Assembly: GCA_022865215.1 (NCBI GenBank)
Contig: JALIDP010000001.1
Span: forward strand, 334-64,333
DNA length: 64,000 nucleotides
Direction of reading: 5' to 3'
DNA from: Candidatus Nanohalarchaeota archaeon QJJ-7
GTDB taxonomy: Archaea > Nanohalarchaeota > Nanosalinia > Nanosalinales > Nanohalalkaliarchaeaceae
The notes under the pieces were generated by a model. It saw only the letters and a list, made by a program, of their open reading frames with translations. It searched no databases and had not been told where the DNA came from. The first letter of the stretch is position 1; every line of letters starts with the position of its first letter. Made by a program: the position numbers and the translations under genes. Of this stretch, positions 8,102-16,531 are shown in pieces.

Positions 8102-8410
8102 ATGAGCGAGGTTCTTGACCCTGCGTATATCTACATCCTCCTGTTCATCGGACTGCTAATTGTGGGTCTCGGTCTCGGCTACAATGCATCTGATGCTATC
8201 GGAGGTACAGGCAGTATCGCTCTTACGGTTATACTTGGGTTCTTGGCCGGTATATATAGTTCCCGAGAAGAGAACCAGCTCTTCGGTAGCCTCGCTCTCA
8301 CCACAGGATTCACATTAATAGTTGTCTGGCTCCTGCCCCTCGGACTCGAATGGGGTATAGCAATATTTCTCATAGGTTTCATAATCGGGATGAAGACAGA
8401 AAGGAGATAG
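8102..8410 (+). CDS. small integral membrane protein
   Basis: 102 codons from the ATG at 8102, preceded by CAAGGAGA. Three to four hydrophobic segments. The track ORF starts further upstream at 8003, inside the previous gene. Confidence 0.5.
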   Translation: MSEVLDPAYIYILLFIGLLIVGLGLGYNASDAIGGTGSIALTVILGFLAGIYSSREENQLFGSLALTTGFTLIVVWLLPLGLEWGIAIFLIGFIIGMKTERR

Positions 8411-8447
8411 GGAAGGACTTTTTATTCGGGATGTCGAAGAACTGTAC

Positions 8448-9734
8448 ATGCCCGAGATCACTGTTGGCAGGGATGACTCCGACCTTGAAGAGTATGGAGA
8501 GGAGTTCGCAACCGCATTCATAGGCAAGCACATCGTCGGGGAGCAACAGGAGGCTCACACTGCCAACCCTCTACATCTCGATATCGCGAGGCCTCACGTT
8601 ATGGGGATATTCGGGAAGAGGGGTACAGGTAAATCCTACACCATGGGCGTACTCGCGGAAGAACTGAAACAGTCGGAAGAGAAGGTGAAAGACAACCTCT
8701 CCACGCTCATGATAGATTCCATGGGGATATTCTGGTCGATGAAGAACCCTAACGAGGATGATGCAGTTATCCTGGACCACTGGGATCTCAACCCCCAACA
8801 GATAGATATCGACCTTTACGTCCCTGAAGGCCATGTTGATACATTCAGGGAGAAGGACATCCAGTTCGACAGGACTTTCGCCATAAAACCCGGGGACCTG
8901 AACCCGGGGGACTGGGCACTCGCCTTCGACCTAGATATCACCGAACCTATGGGTGTACTACTGGAAAGGATAATCAATGATATAAGAGATGACAAAGGGA
9001 AAACATACACAATAGAGAACCTTATAGACTACGCATATAGCCATGACGACTTCGAAGACAACGTTCGTAGAGCGCTGATAAACCGGTTCGAGAGAGCATT
9101 GGACTGGGGGATATTCTCAGTAGACGCTCCCGATGTTGAGGAGCTTACCGGTAGAGGGAACCTTACTGTGTTAGATGTCAGCATGTTCGAGGATCTGAGT
9201 GGTGGCTGGTCAGCAAGGACGCTCATAGTTGGTCTCCTCTCCCGCAAGATCTTGAGGAAGAGGATGGAATCGAAGCGGGTGGAGGAGATAGAGGAGATGG
9301 AAGGCATAAGGACTACAGAGTCTCCTATAGTATGGATGCTTATCGACGAGGCACACCAGTTCGCGCCAGAAGAAGGAGAGACAGCTGCTACGAATCCTCT
9401 CCTCCAGTGGGCGAAGATCGGGAGAGAACCAGGTGTTTCGATGGTGCTCGCAACCCAGCAGCCGAACAAACTGGACTCGCGGATCCTCTCGCAGATGGAC
9501 ATCCTCCTGACCCACCGTCTCACCGCCCAGAACGATATCGATGCCCTGGGCAACATAATGCAGACCTATATGCAGTACGATATCACTGAATACATCGACA
9601 ACCTTCCCAGGCAGGACGGGGCAGGGATAATCCTGGACGACAACTCAGAGCGCGTCTACACGGTCCAGATCAGACCACGTCTCTCCTGGCACGCCGGAGG
9701 AACTCCTTCCGCAGTAAAGCAGGAGAGGACTTGA
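8448..9734 (+). CDS. HerA/FtsK-superfamily P-loop ATPase (DUF87/COG0433-like) without a HAS-barrel
   Basis: Walker A GIFGKRGTGKSYTMG. Walker B WMLIDEAHQFAP. ATQQPNKLDSRILSQMDILLTHRL sensor region. Confidence 0.8.
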   Translation: MPEITVGRDDSDLEEYGEEFATAFIGKHIVGEQQEAHTANPLHLDIARPHVMGIFGKRGTGKSYTMGVLAEELKQSEEKVKDNLSTLMIDSMGIFWSMKNPNEDDAVILDHWDLNPQQIDIDLYVPEGHVDTFREKDIQFDRTFAIKPGDLNPGDWALAFDLDITEPMGVLLERIINDIRDDKGKTYTIENLIDYAYSHDDFEDNVRRALINRFERALDWGIFSVDAPDVEELTGRGNLTVLDVSMFEDLSGGWSARTLIVGLLSRKILRKRMESKRVEEIEEMEGIRTTESPIVWMLIDEAHQFAPEEGETAATNPLLQWAKIGREPGVSMVLATQQPNKLDSRILSQMDILLTHRLTAQNDIDALGNIMQTYMQYDITEYIDNLPRQDGAGIILDDNSERVYTVQIRPRLSWHAGGTPSAVKQERT

Positions 9735-9739
9735 TACCT

Positions 9740-10282
9740 ATGTTTCTGGAGTCCTTGACGTCTGAAATCGTGTTACAAAGGTTCCTCTCGATCTTGCTTT
9801 TCCCTGTAAACAATCCTGAATTCCTGCCATCTCTCATCCCAATATTCCTTGGTCTTGCGGTTATAGAGCTTTACTTCGGCAAGTACTCGTTCGAACAGCT
9901 AGGGTGGAACTCCGCGGTATCGAACGCGGTTCTGATCCTGGCGACCGCTCTGACCCTCATAGTCAGGCTGAATCTCCTAGGTGCACCATCCGGCCCTCGC
10001 TACACGGTAGCGTACGGAGTCCTTTTACTCGGCCTTTTCATCCTTATCATGGACTTCTACCATGTCTGGCCGGCGAGTATTGCGTTCGTTGTATCTTCAG
10101 GATTCGCCACATATACCTCCGTGTATATCTCTATCGCCTGGGTGTATGATGGGCTCCCCTTGGACGCGAATACCTTAGCCGCCTCGGCCCTGTTCATGAT
10201 ATCTTTCTACCTGTTATTCGAAGTTATACAGCACATGGAGGAGGAAGTTCTACCTGAGCAGATATACCGGCCGAGAGATTGA
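9740..10282 (+). CDS. integral membrane protein (5-6 TM)
   Basis: Hydrophobic ORF directly after the ATPase. AGGAGAGGA lies 11 nt upstream of the ATG at 9740. An alternative TTG at 9731 overlaps the ATPase stop. Confidence 0.55.
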   Translation: MFLESLTSEIVLQRFLSILLFPVNNPEFLPSLIPIFLGLAVIELYFGKYSFEQLGWNSAVSNAVLILATALTLIVRLNLLGAPSGPRYTVAYGVLLLGLFILIMDFYHVWPASIAFVVSSGFATYTSVYISIAWVYDGLPLDANTLAASALFMISFYLLFEVIQHMEEEVLPEQIYRPRD

Positions 10283-10313
10283 ATCTTATCAAGCTTCATC
10301 GCTACAGCATCAC

Positions 10314-12551
10314 ATGTCGCAGGAAACTCTTCAGGAAGACTCCTTCATCCAGCATCCCCGGATAGTGGAAGGTTCCCTTGAAGCACGCACATACCAGGAG
10401 GTTATCGCCGCGGAGGCCCTCGATCAGAACACCATCGTGGTCCTTCCAACTGGTCTTGGGAAGACTGCCGTCGGGATACTGGTCGCCGCGCAGAGGCTGG
10501 AAGAACGTCCGAACTCGAAGATTCTGATGCTGGCGCCTACGAAGCCTCTAGCCGAGCAGCACAAAAAGGAGTTCTCGCGCTGTCTAGAGATAGATACAGA
10601 CGTCTTCGAAGTATTGACAGGTGAGACAGGTCCGGAGAAGAGGGAAGATATATGGAAGGAAGTGGGTGCCTTCTTCGGCACCCCTCAGACGGTTGAGAAC
10701 GATATCATCAACGGTCGTTTAGACCTATCCGACTTCTCACTGGTCATCTTCGACGAGGTGCACAGGGCGACAGGCGACTATCCCTACAGCTTTATAGCCG
10801 ATAAATACGTGGATTCGTCAGATGATCCGAGGATCCTGGGTCTCACCGCATCACCGGGTGGGGATAGGGAGAAGATCGAGAGGGTCGCGGATAACCTTTA
10901 CGTGGACAACTTCGAGACCAGGACTGAAGACGATGCCGACGTGGAACCCTACGTGGAGGAGAAGGAGACCAACTGGGTCAAAGTCCAGCTGGACCGGAAC
11001 TTCGAGAGGGTGAAGAAGCAGCTGGAAAAGGCAGAGAGGAAGAGGCTCAGCAAGCTGAAAGGGCTCGGACTTCTGGATTCCACTTCCCGGGTTCAGAAGT
11101 CAGACCTGTTGAAGCTGAGAGGTGAGATAGGTTCCAAACTGGGGGAACAGGATGACCCGAAACTATACCAGGGCATGTCACACGTCGCGGCCTGCATGAA
11201 GATAGAGCACGCACTGGAACTTCTTGAGACGCAAGGAGTGAAACCGCTCTACCAGTTCTTCGAGAAGATGGAGAAGGATCCAGGGAGCAAGGCTGCGAAG
11301 AGTCTTCTGGATGACGAGAACTTCAGGAACGCGATGTCCGTGACTGAATGGATGGTGAACAACGGGAAAGAGCACCCGAAACTGGAGGAGCTCGAGAAAC
11401 TTCTGAACGAGAAGATAGAAGACGATAAGAACGCTATAGTCTTCACACAGTACAGGGATACGGTAGATCTCATCCACGAGAAGATGGATGAGAAGGCAGA
11501 TCTGGAACCTGTAAAGTTCAAGGGTCAGAAGGAGAACTTCACGCAGAAGAGGCAGATAGAGATCCTGGACGAGTTCAGGGACGGCGATTACAACATCCTT
11601 GTGAGCACGAGTGTGGGAGAGGAAGGGCTCGACATCCCTTCCGTCGACTACGTGTTCTTCTATGAACCTATTCCTTCAGAGATACGGACCATCCAGAGGC
11701 GTGGTCGTACCGGTCGCCAGGAGAGCGGCGAGATCTACGTCCTTATGGCAGAAGATACCCGGGACGAGGGACATTACTGGAGCGCGAAGCACAAGGAGGA
11801 GAGCATGAAGGAGGTGGTCGAGGACCTGAAGGGGGAGGGTTCGAATGGCGTGGAGGTCGAATCTTCCAAGGAATCGAAGGAGGGACAGAAGACACTGGAC
11901 GGTTTTTCTGGAGGAGAGGAACTCGTCATCATCGCTGACGACCGGGAGAACAAGGTTATGAAGGAACTTTCCCGTAAAGATGTGAAGGTTAGGAGTCAGA
12001 GGCTCGAGGTCGGTGATTTCTTGGTATCCGACCGGGCGGCGGTTGAGAGGAAGAAAGCGGAAGACTTCGTCTCATCTATAATCGACAACAGGCTCTTCCC
12101 CCAGTTGAGGTCTCTGGCAGGCCAGTTCGAGAGGCCTGTCCTCCTCCTGGAAGGAGAAGACCTCCACGGCCACAGGGATATACACCCGAACGCGGTCCGC
12201 GGTGCTCTCTCCTCCGCGGTCCTGGACTTCGACATCCCGGTGCTCTGGAGTTCAGGGCTCGAGGAGACCTCAGAGCTTCTCATCTCTCTGGCGAGGAGGG
12301 AACAGGAGGACCAGGACAGGAGCGTTGACCTGAGAGGTGAGAGGAGTCCGAAGACAGAGAAAGAGCTTCAGGAATACCTTGTCGCAGGACTTCCGAAAGT
12401 TTCGAACACCCTGGCGGAAAGGCTTCTGGAACGCTTCGGCAGTGTAAAAGAAGTTTTCTCAGCCTCCGAGACCGATCTGAAGGACGTGGAGGGGATAGGT
12501 GAGGAGAAGGCTTCTAGGATAGTGGACATCCTGGGGAGGGAGTACGAGTGA
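10314..12551 (+). CDS. hef: Hef: FANCM-like helicase fused to an XPF/ERCC4 nuclease and HhH2
   Basis: Helicase motifs VLPTGLGKT, DEVH, TASPG and QRRGRTGR. C-terminal ERCC4 nuclease motif GDFLVSDRAAVERK. (HhH)2 region LPKVSNTLAERLLERFGSVKEVFSAS...GIGEEKASRI. Confidence 0.9.
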   Translation: MSQETLQEDSFIQHPRIVEGSLEARTYQEVIAAEALDQNTIVVLPTGLGKTAVGILVAAQRLEERPNSKILMLAPTKPLAEQHKKEFSRCLEIDTDVFEVLTGETGPEKREDIWKEVGAFFGTPQTVENDIINGRLDLSDFSLVIFDEVHRATGDYPYSFIADKYVDSSDDPRILGLTASPGGDREKIERVADNLYVDNFETRTEDDADVEPYVEEKETNWVKVQLDRNFERVKKQLEKAERKRLSKLKGLGLLDSTSRVQKSDLLKLRGEIGSKLGEQDDPKLYQGMSHVAACMKIEHALELLETQGVKPLYQFFEKMEKDPGSKAAKSLLDDENFRNAMSVTEWMVNNGKEHPKLEELEKLLNEKIEDDKNAIVFTQYRDTVDLIHEKMDEKADLEPVKFKGQKENFTQKRQIEILDEFRDGDYNILVSTSVGEEGLDIPSVDYVFFYEPIPSEIRTIQRRGRTGRQESGEIYVLMAEDTRDEGHYWSAKHKEESMKEVVEDLKGEGSNGVEVESSKESKEGQKTLDGFSGGEELVIIADDRENKVMKELSRKDVKVRSQRLEVGDFLVSDRAAVERKKAEDFVSSIIDNRLFPQLRSLAGQFERPVLLLEGEDLHGHRDIHPNAVRGALSSAVLDFDIPVLWSSGLEETSELLISLARREQEDQDRSVDLRGERSPKTEKELQEYLVAGLPKVSNTLAERLLERFGSVKEVFSASETDLKDVEGIGEEKASRIVDILGREYE

Positions 12552-13615
12552 CCAGGAATGAACTCGTGATCGTCGGGATCGACCCCGGAACTACCTCTGC
12601 TGCCGGTTTAATGAGTCTGGACGGGGAACTGGTGAACTATACAAGCAGGAGAGAGTTCTCGAAGGACCGGATAATACAGTTCATCGTGGAAAACGGTAAG
12701 CCTCTTATCGTGGCTTCAGACGTCTTTCCTGCACCTTCTCTCGTGGAAGAGATAGCTTCCAACACCGGTTCGGTACTCCTCTCGCCTGATAGAGACCTGG
12801 AAGCAGATTACAAGGACAGGCTCGTTTCAGATCTCGGTGTGGAAGGAGAGGACTCTCATATCAGGGATGCGCTCGCATCGGCAGAGTATGCCAGGAGAGA
12901 GTACGAGGACAAGCTGGAAGAGATAGAGAAAAGGGTAAGAGAGGAAGGGGTGTGGGAAGACATGGAAGATGTTGTAGAGCTGGTTATCAAAGGCTCACTA
13001 TCTATATCTCAGGCCGTTAAAGAGGTCAAAAAGGTCGACCCAGGGGCAGAAGAACCGGGGGAAGAAAAGGTCGATAGAGACTGGGAGAGGATAGCTGAGA
13101 AACGTAAAGACCGGATAGACCTTCTTGAGGGAAAAATAGATAATCTGGAGAAGTATATCGGGGAGGATGATGAAGATGAAGGAGATAGCCCGGTATTACC
13201 AGAAGAACTGGAGAAGAGGAACCGGACCATCCAGGAGCTCAGAGAAGAGCTGGAGCTGAAATCTGCGGAGAACGATCGGCTGAAAGAGGAGATAGATAGA
13301 CTCAGGGAAGGTATCCGGAGGCTGGACGAGGGATGGGTAAAAGTGCCTAAGGTGGAAAAATTAGCAGATTCAGGCCAGGAGGCTGTATACGTGGAAAGCT
13401 ACAGTGGAGGAGAGATATCCGGAGAGGTAAAGAAGGTGATAAGCCCCAAATACCACGAGGAACTCTCAGATAAAGGGATCCTGTCTATCCTTGTGGGAGA
13501 AGTCGAAAGGAAAGTTGATACAGGAGACTCTTACATCGTTCATCCAGAAGAGCTCGAAACAGAAGAAGATACTGAGGGGTTCATGGAATGGCTAGAGAGC
13601 TACCAGCAGAGGTGA
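12548..13615 (+). CDS. DUF460/COG2433-like protein (RNase H-fold N-terminus plus coiled coil)
   Basis: N-terminus VIVGIDPGTTSAAGLMSLDGE...IVASDV resembles RuvC/RNase H-like DUF460 proteins. The central part is a long E/K/R coiled coil. The GTG start overlaps the hef stop (GTGA). Confidence 0.55.
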   Translation: MTRNELVIVGIDPGTTSAAGLMSLDGELVNYTSRREFSKDRIIQFIVENGKPLIVASDVFPAPSLVEEIASNTGSVLLSPDRDLEADYKDRLVSDLGVEGEDSHIRDALASAEYARREYEDKLEEIEKRVREEGVWEDMEDVVELVIKGSLSISQAVKEVKKVDPGAEEPGEEKVDRDWERIAEKRKDRIDLLEGKIDNLEKYIGEDDEDEGDSPVLPEELEKRNRTIQELREELELKSAENDRLKEEIDRLREGIRRLDEGWVKVPKVEKLADSGQEAVYVESYSGGEISGEVKKVISPKYHEELSDKGILSILVGEVERKVDTGDSYIVHPEELETEEDTEGFMEWLESYQQR

Positions 13616-14184
13616 AAGAGAAGTTTCAGGACTACCGGGAAGAATACAGGGAGTTGATCGAAGGGATGAACAGCCGCCAGGAAGGGCTCTATAGCGCCCT
13701 CATCTTCCTGGTAAAATTCAGTTTGCTAGCCGCCCCTTTCTACATCGTCCTGGGAACGGGATGGGAACTGGAAGGATTGAGAGCCTGGAACGCACACGCT
13801 TCCGCCTACATCCTAGAAATTATCGGTATCGATGCCTCATCCACAGGTAGTTTTGTCCTTACAGGGGACATGGTTCTCGATGTCACCTGGGACAGCACTG
13901 CATGGAAATCGGCAGCAGTCTTTATAGGACTTATATTAGCTTCTCCAGGCCGTCTCGGTGCAAAGATGAAAGGGATCCTACTAGGAATCCCTATACTCCT
14001 GGGAGTGAACCTCCTGAGGATATCCTCGATGGTCTACGCTGTACGGGTTCTGGGTCTCGACTACGAGTTCATCCACACCTTCCTCTGGAGATGGGGTCTC
14101 ACGGTCGCTGTACTTGCATCCTGGCTCCTTTGGTGGTATCGAACAGATATATCACGGCGAATCCGGAAAATAGGGAGATTATAG
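13588..14184 (+). CDS. exosortase/archaeosortase-family (EpsH-like) membrane protein lacking any cysteine
   Basis: Polytopic membrane ORF with the family order of motifs: VTWDSTAWKSAAVFIGL (position of CSGxRS), GVNLLRIS (NxxR) and FIHTFLWRWG (His motif). The protein contains no Cys residue. Confidence 0.55.
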   Translation: MARELPAEVKEKFQDYREEYRELIEGMNSRQEGLYSALIFLVKFSLLAAPFYIVLGTGWELEGLRAWNAHASAYILEIIGIDASSTGSFVLTGDMVLDVTWDSTAWKSAAVFIGLILASPGRLGAKMKGILLGIPILLGVNLLRISSMVYAVRVLGLDYEFIHTFLWRWGLTVAVLASWLLWWYRTDISRRIRKIGRL

Positions 14185-14221
14185 GTAATTTTTATATTCC
14201 GCCCACCCGGTTGTAAGCATT

Positions 14222-16222
14222 ATGGCAGATTCTGAAGAAGAAAGATCAGTAGAGGAGATAGTCAGTGAACTAGAATCCCGGATCGATACCCTGGAAGACA
14301 AAGTGATGATGGAACGTCTGGAGGACCTCGCCCTGGAGGATAAGCTAAAGATCGTGCAGGATCTGGTCGAGAGAGATGAGGAAACAGTCAAGGAAAAGCT
14401 GGAGATGCTAGACCAGATCGAAGAGGAGTACGAGGAGACACAGGTGGAAGAGAAGCTCCAGTATCTCTACAAAGAGCTGAAATCTCTCAAGAGTAATGTG
14501 GAGGAACTGAGCGAGGGACAGGTCCAAGAAGACGATTTGAACGAGTTAAGGGGACGTATAGACCGCCTGCAATCTAGGCTGGATGAAGAGAGTGGAACCG
14601 ATGAGGAGGAACTCGATGATATATACGATAAAATCTACACCCTCAGGGACAGATTGAAAGAACTGACCGAGGAAATGGAGGAGTCAGAATACAGTCTTTC
14701 AGATTCCGAGATCGACGATCTAGTCAGCAAGGTCGAATCTCGCGTAGATACAGGAGATTCGGACGGTTCAGATGCTTCAGCTATAGAGATAAAAGAAGAA
14801 GTTCTTGAAGAGATAGATACTTCATATGTCTCCGAGAAGGCATTAGATGATCTGAGGGAAGAAATAAACAGTCTCAGCAGCAGGATAGATACTCACGAAG
14901 AACTGGAGGATGGTGGAGATATACTGGGGGATGTCCGTTCCCGTATCGCCGAGCTAGAAGATAAGGTGGAGGAACTTGAAAACTCTGGCCTAGAGGGGTC
15001 CGGAGATACCTCCGATATAGATTCTGGGGCGATCGAGGAACTGCGGAGCGAGCTGGAAGAACTCCAGGATGAGATCTCAGAATCAGCGAAAGAAGACCTT
15101 AAGGCGGAGATAGAAGCCATTAAGGAGAAAGTAGAAGAACACGATGAACGGCTTTCCGGCGATATAACACCGGAAATCAGGGAAGACCTCAGTGAAACAC
15201 AGGAAAGGGTTGAAGCTATCCAGCAGTCCCTGGAAGAAGAGATATCACATCTGAAAGAGGAAGATATCCAGCCCCTGAAAGAACGGCTTGAAGATGTAGA
15301 AACAGAAGATATAGACGATATAGAAGACCGTATAGACGAGATAAACGAAAGGGCTGATGATATAGAGGAGAGGCTTGAGATCAATGCCGATGAACTCCTT
15401 GAAGCACTCGAATATAACGGAGACGAGCTTGAGGACCGGTTCAAAAATATACTGGTCCAGATAGAACAACTCAGGGAGATGATCGGACGTCAAGGAGAAC
15501 GTATAGACAGTCTCAGCCACGCCCAGAACATATTCGAGAGCAATATCGGCGGGATGATGCAGGAGCACCGGGATTTTACAGAGCAGCTCCAGAGGGAGGA
15601 CAGGAAGCTCGATAGGAAGACCGATCTGCTTCTAGAGGCATTGGAAGAGGGTATAGATATAGAAGCCGAAGAACTGAAAGAAAAGATAGAGGATCACAAA
15701 GATAGGGTCTATATCCGAAGGAAGGAATTCAAAGAGGCTATGCAACAGGAACTGGAACAGCTCGAAGAGGAGATAGAGGCCGGCCAGTTAGGATTAGATA
15801 GACAGACAGACCTGCTTCTGGAAGCCCTAGAGAACGTTGTCGAGGAAGGAGACGTGGATACGCGTCTGGAGCAGGACATAGAGCAAGTTGCTTTCCAGAG
15901 TGATGCAGGCCTCGAGAGGGTAAAGGAGAAGATCTCAGAGATGCAGGGCGAACAGGAGGCCGAATCATTGGACCACGAAAGGAGGGTGGATATGCTTGTG
16001 GAAGCTATAGAAGAAGTTATAACGAAACAAGGAGAAGAGATAGAGGAACTGAAAAGAAGTAAAAACCTGGAACTTCCTGATGACCGGAGGGAGGAGCTAG
16101 GTATAGAGGAAAGAGATATAGATGCGATAGCCGAGATAGCTGCCCGGAACCAGGAGAGGGTACAGGAACTCCAGGAGAAGCTGGAGGACATGGAGAGACA
16201 CGCCCCTACCATCGTTGAATGA
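14222..16222 (+). CDS. very acidic coiled-coil protein, 666 aa
   Basis: Continuous ORF of E/D/L/K/R heptad-like sequence. Internal repeats include DRKTDLLLEALEEG, DRQTDLLLEALENV and ERRVDMLVEAIEEV. No enzymatic motif. Confidence 0.7.
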   Translation: MADSEEERSVEEIVSELESRIDTLEDKVMMERLEDLALEDKLKIVQDLVERDEETVKEKLEMLDQIEEEYEETQVEEKLQYLYKELKSLKSNVEELSEGQVQEDDLNELRGRIDRLQSRLDEESGTDEEELDDIYDKIYTLRDRLKELTEEMEESEYSLSDSEIDDLVSKVESRVDTGDSDGSDASAIEIKEEVLEEIDTSYVSEKALDDLREEINSLSSRIDTHEELEDGGDILGDVRSRIAELEDKVEELENSGLEGSGDTSDIDSGAIEELRSELEELQDEISESAKEDLKAEIEAIKEKVEEHDERLSGDITPEIREDLSETQERVEAIQQSLEEEISHLKEEDIQPLKERLEDVETEDIDDIEDRIDEINERADDIEERLEINADELLEALEYNGDELEDRFKNILVQIEQLREMIGRQGERIDSLSHAQNIFESNIGGMMQEHRDFTEQLQREDRKLDRKTDLLLEALEEGIDIEAEELKEKIEDHKDRVYIRRKEFKEAMQQELEQLEEEIEAGQLGLDRQTDLLLEALENVVEEGDVDTRLEQDIEQVAFQSDAGLERVKEKISEMQGEQEAESLDHERRVDMLVEAIEEVITKQGEEIEELKRSKNLELPDDRREELGIEERDIDAIAEIAARNQERVQELQEKLEDMERHAPTIVE

Positions 16223-16256
16223 GATCGGGAGATTGTCCACTAGCATCCATGGACTT

Positions 16257-16475
16257 TCATTCCTTCAATCTCTCCAGGATCCTAAGTTCTATTATAGCCA
16301 CCAGGATATTTACCCCGATAAGGATCATCATAAGGATGGAGAGTAACACGAAGCCGCTCTGCTGCTCGAAACCTATACCCGCCAGAGTCACATATACTGC
16401 GATCGTCAGTATAAAGATCGCTACAGCCAGGTAGGACTCCAGAACCTTCCTCCCGAATAGGTTCTCGATCTCCAT
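16257..16475 (-). CDS. small membrane protein (2 TM)
   Basis: MEIENLFGRKVLESYLAVAIFILTIAVYVTLAG...LLSILMMILIGVNILVAII has two clear hydrophobic helices. The opposite-strand ORF is not protein-like. Confidence 0.45.
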   Translation of the reverse strand: MEIENLFGRKVLESYLAVAIFILTIAVYVTLAGIGFEQQSGFVLLSILMMILIGVNILVAIIELRILERLKE

Positions 16476-16531
16476 AATGGTCACACCAGTTAAGTATCCT
16501 ATCTCCTATATAAACCTGTCCCTTATGGAGC

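Noticed and set aside
14893-16212. Long antisense ORFs rich in Ser (for example 14893-15444 and 15709-16212 on the minus strand), and many similar ones opposite other acidic genes (4304-4687, 9029-9556, 20842-21288, 48261-48710, 49155-49634, 52803-53207).
   Set aside because: They are the mirror image of GAA/GAG/GAC-rich coding strands, because TTC/CTC/GTC read as Ser/Leu-rich frames without stops. They have no motifs, are low-complexity, and are fully nested in well-supported genes.
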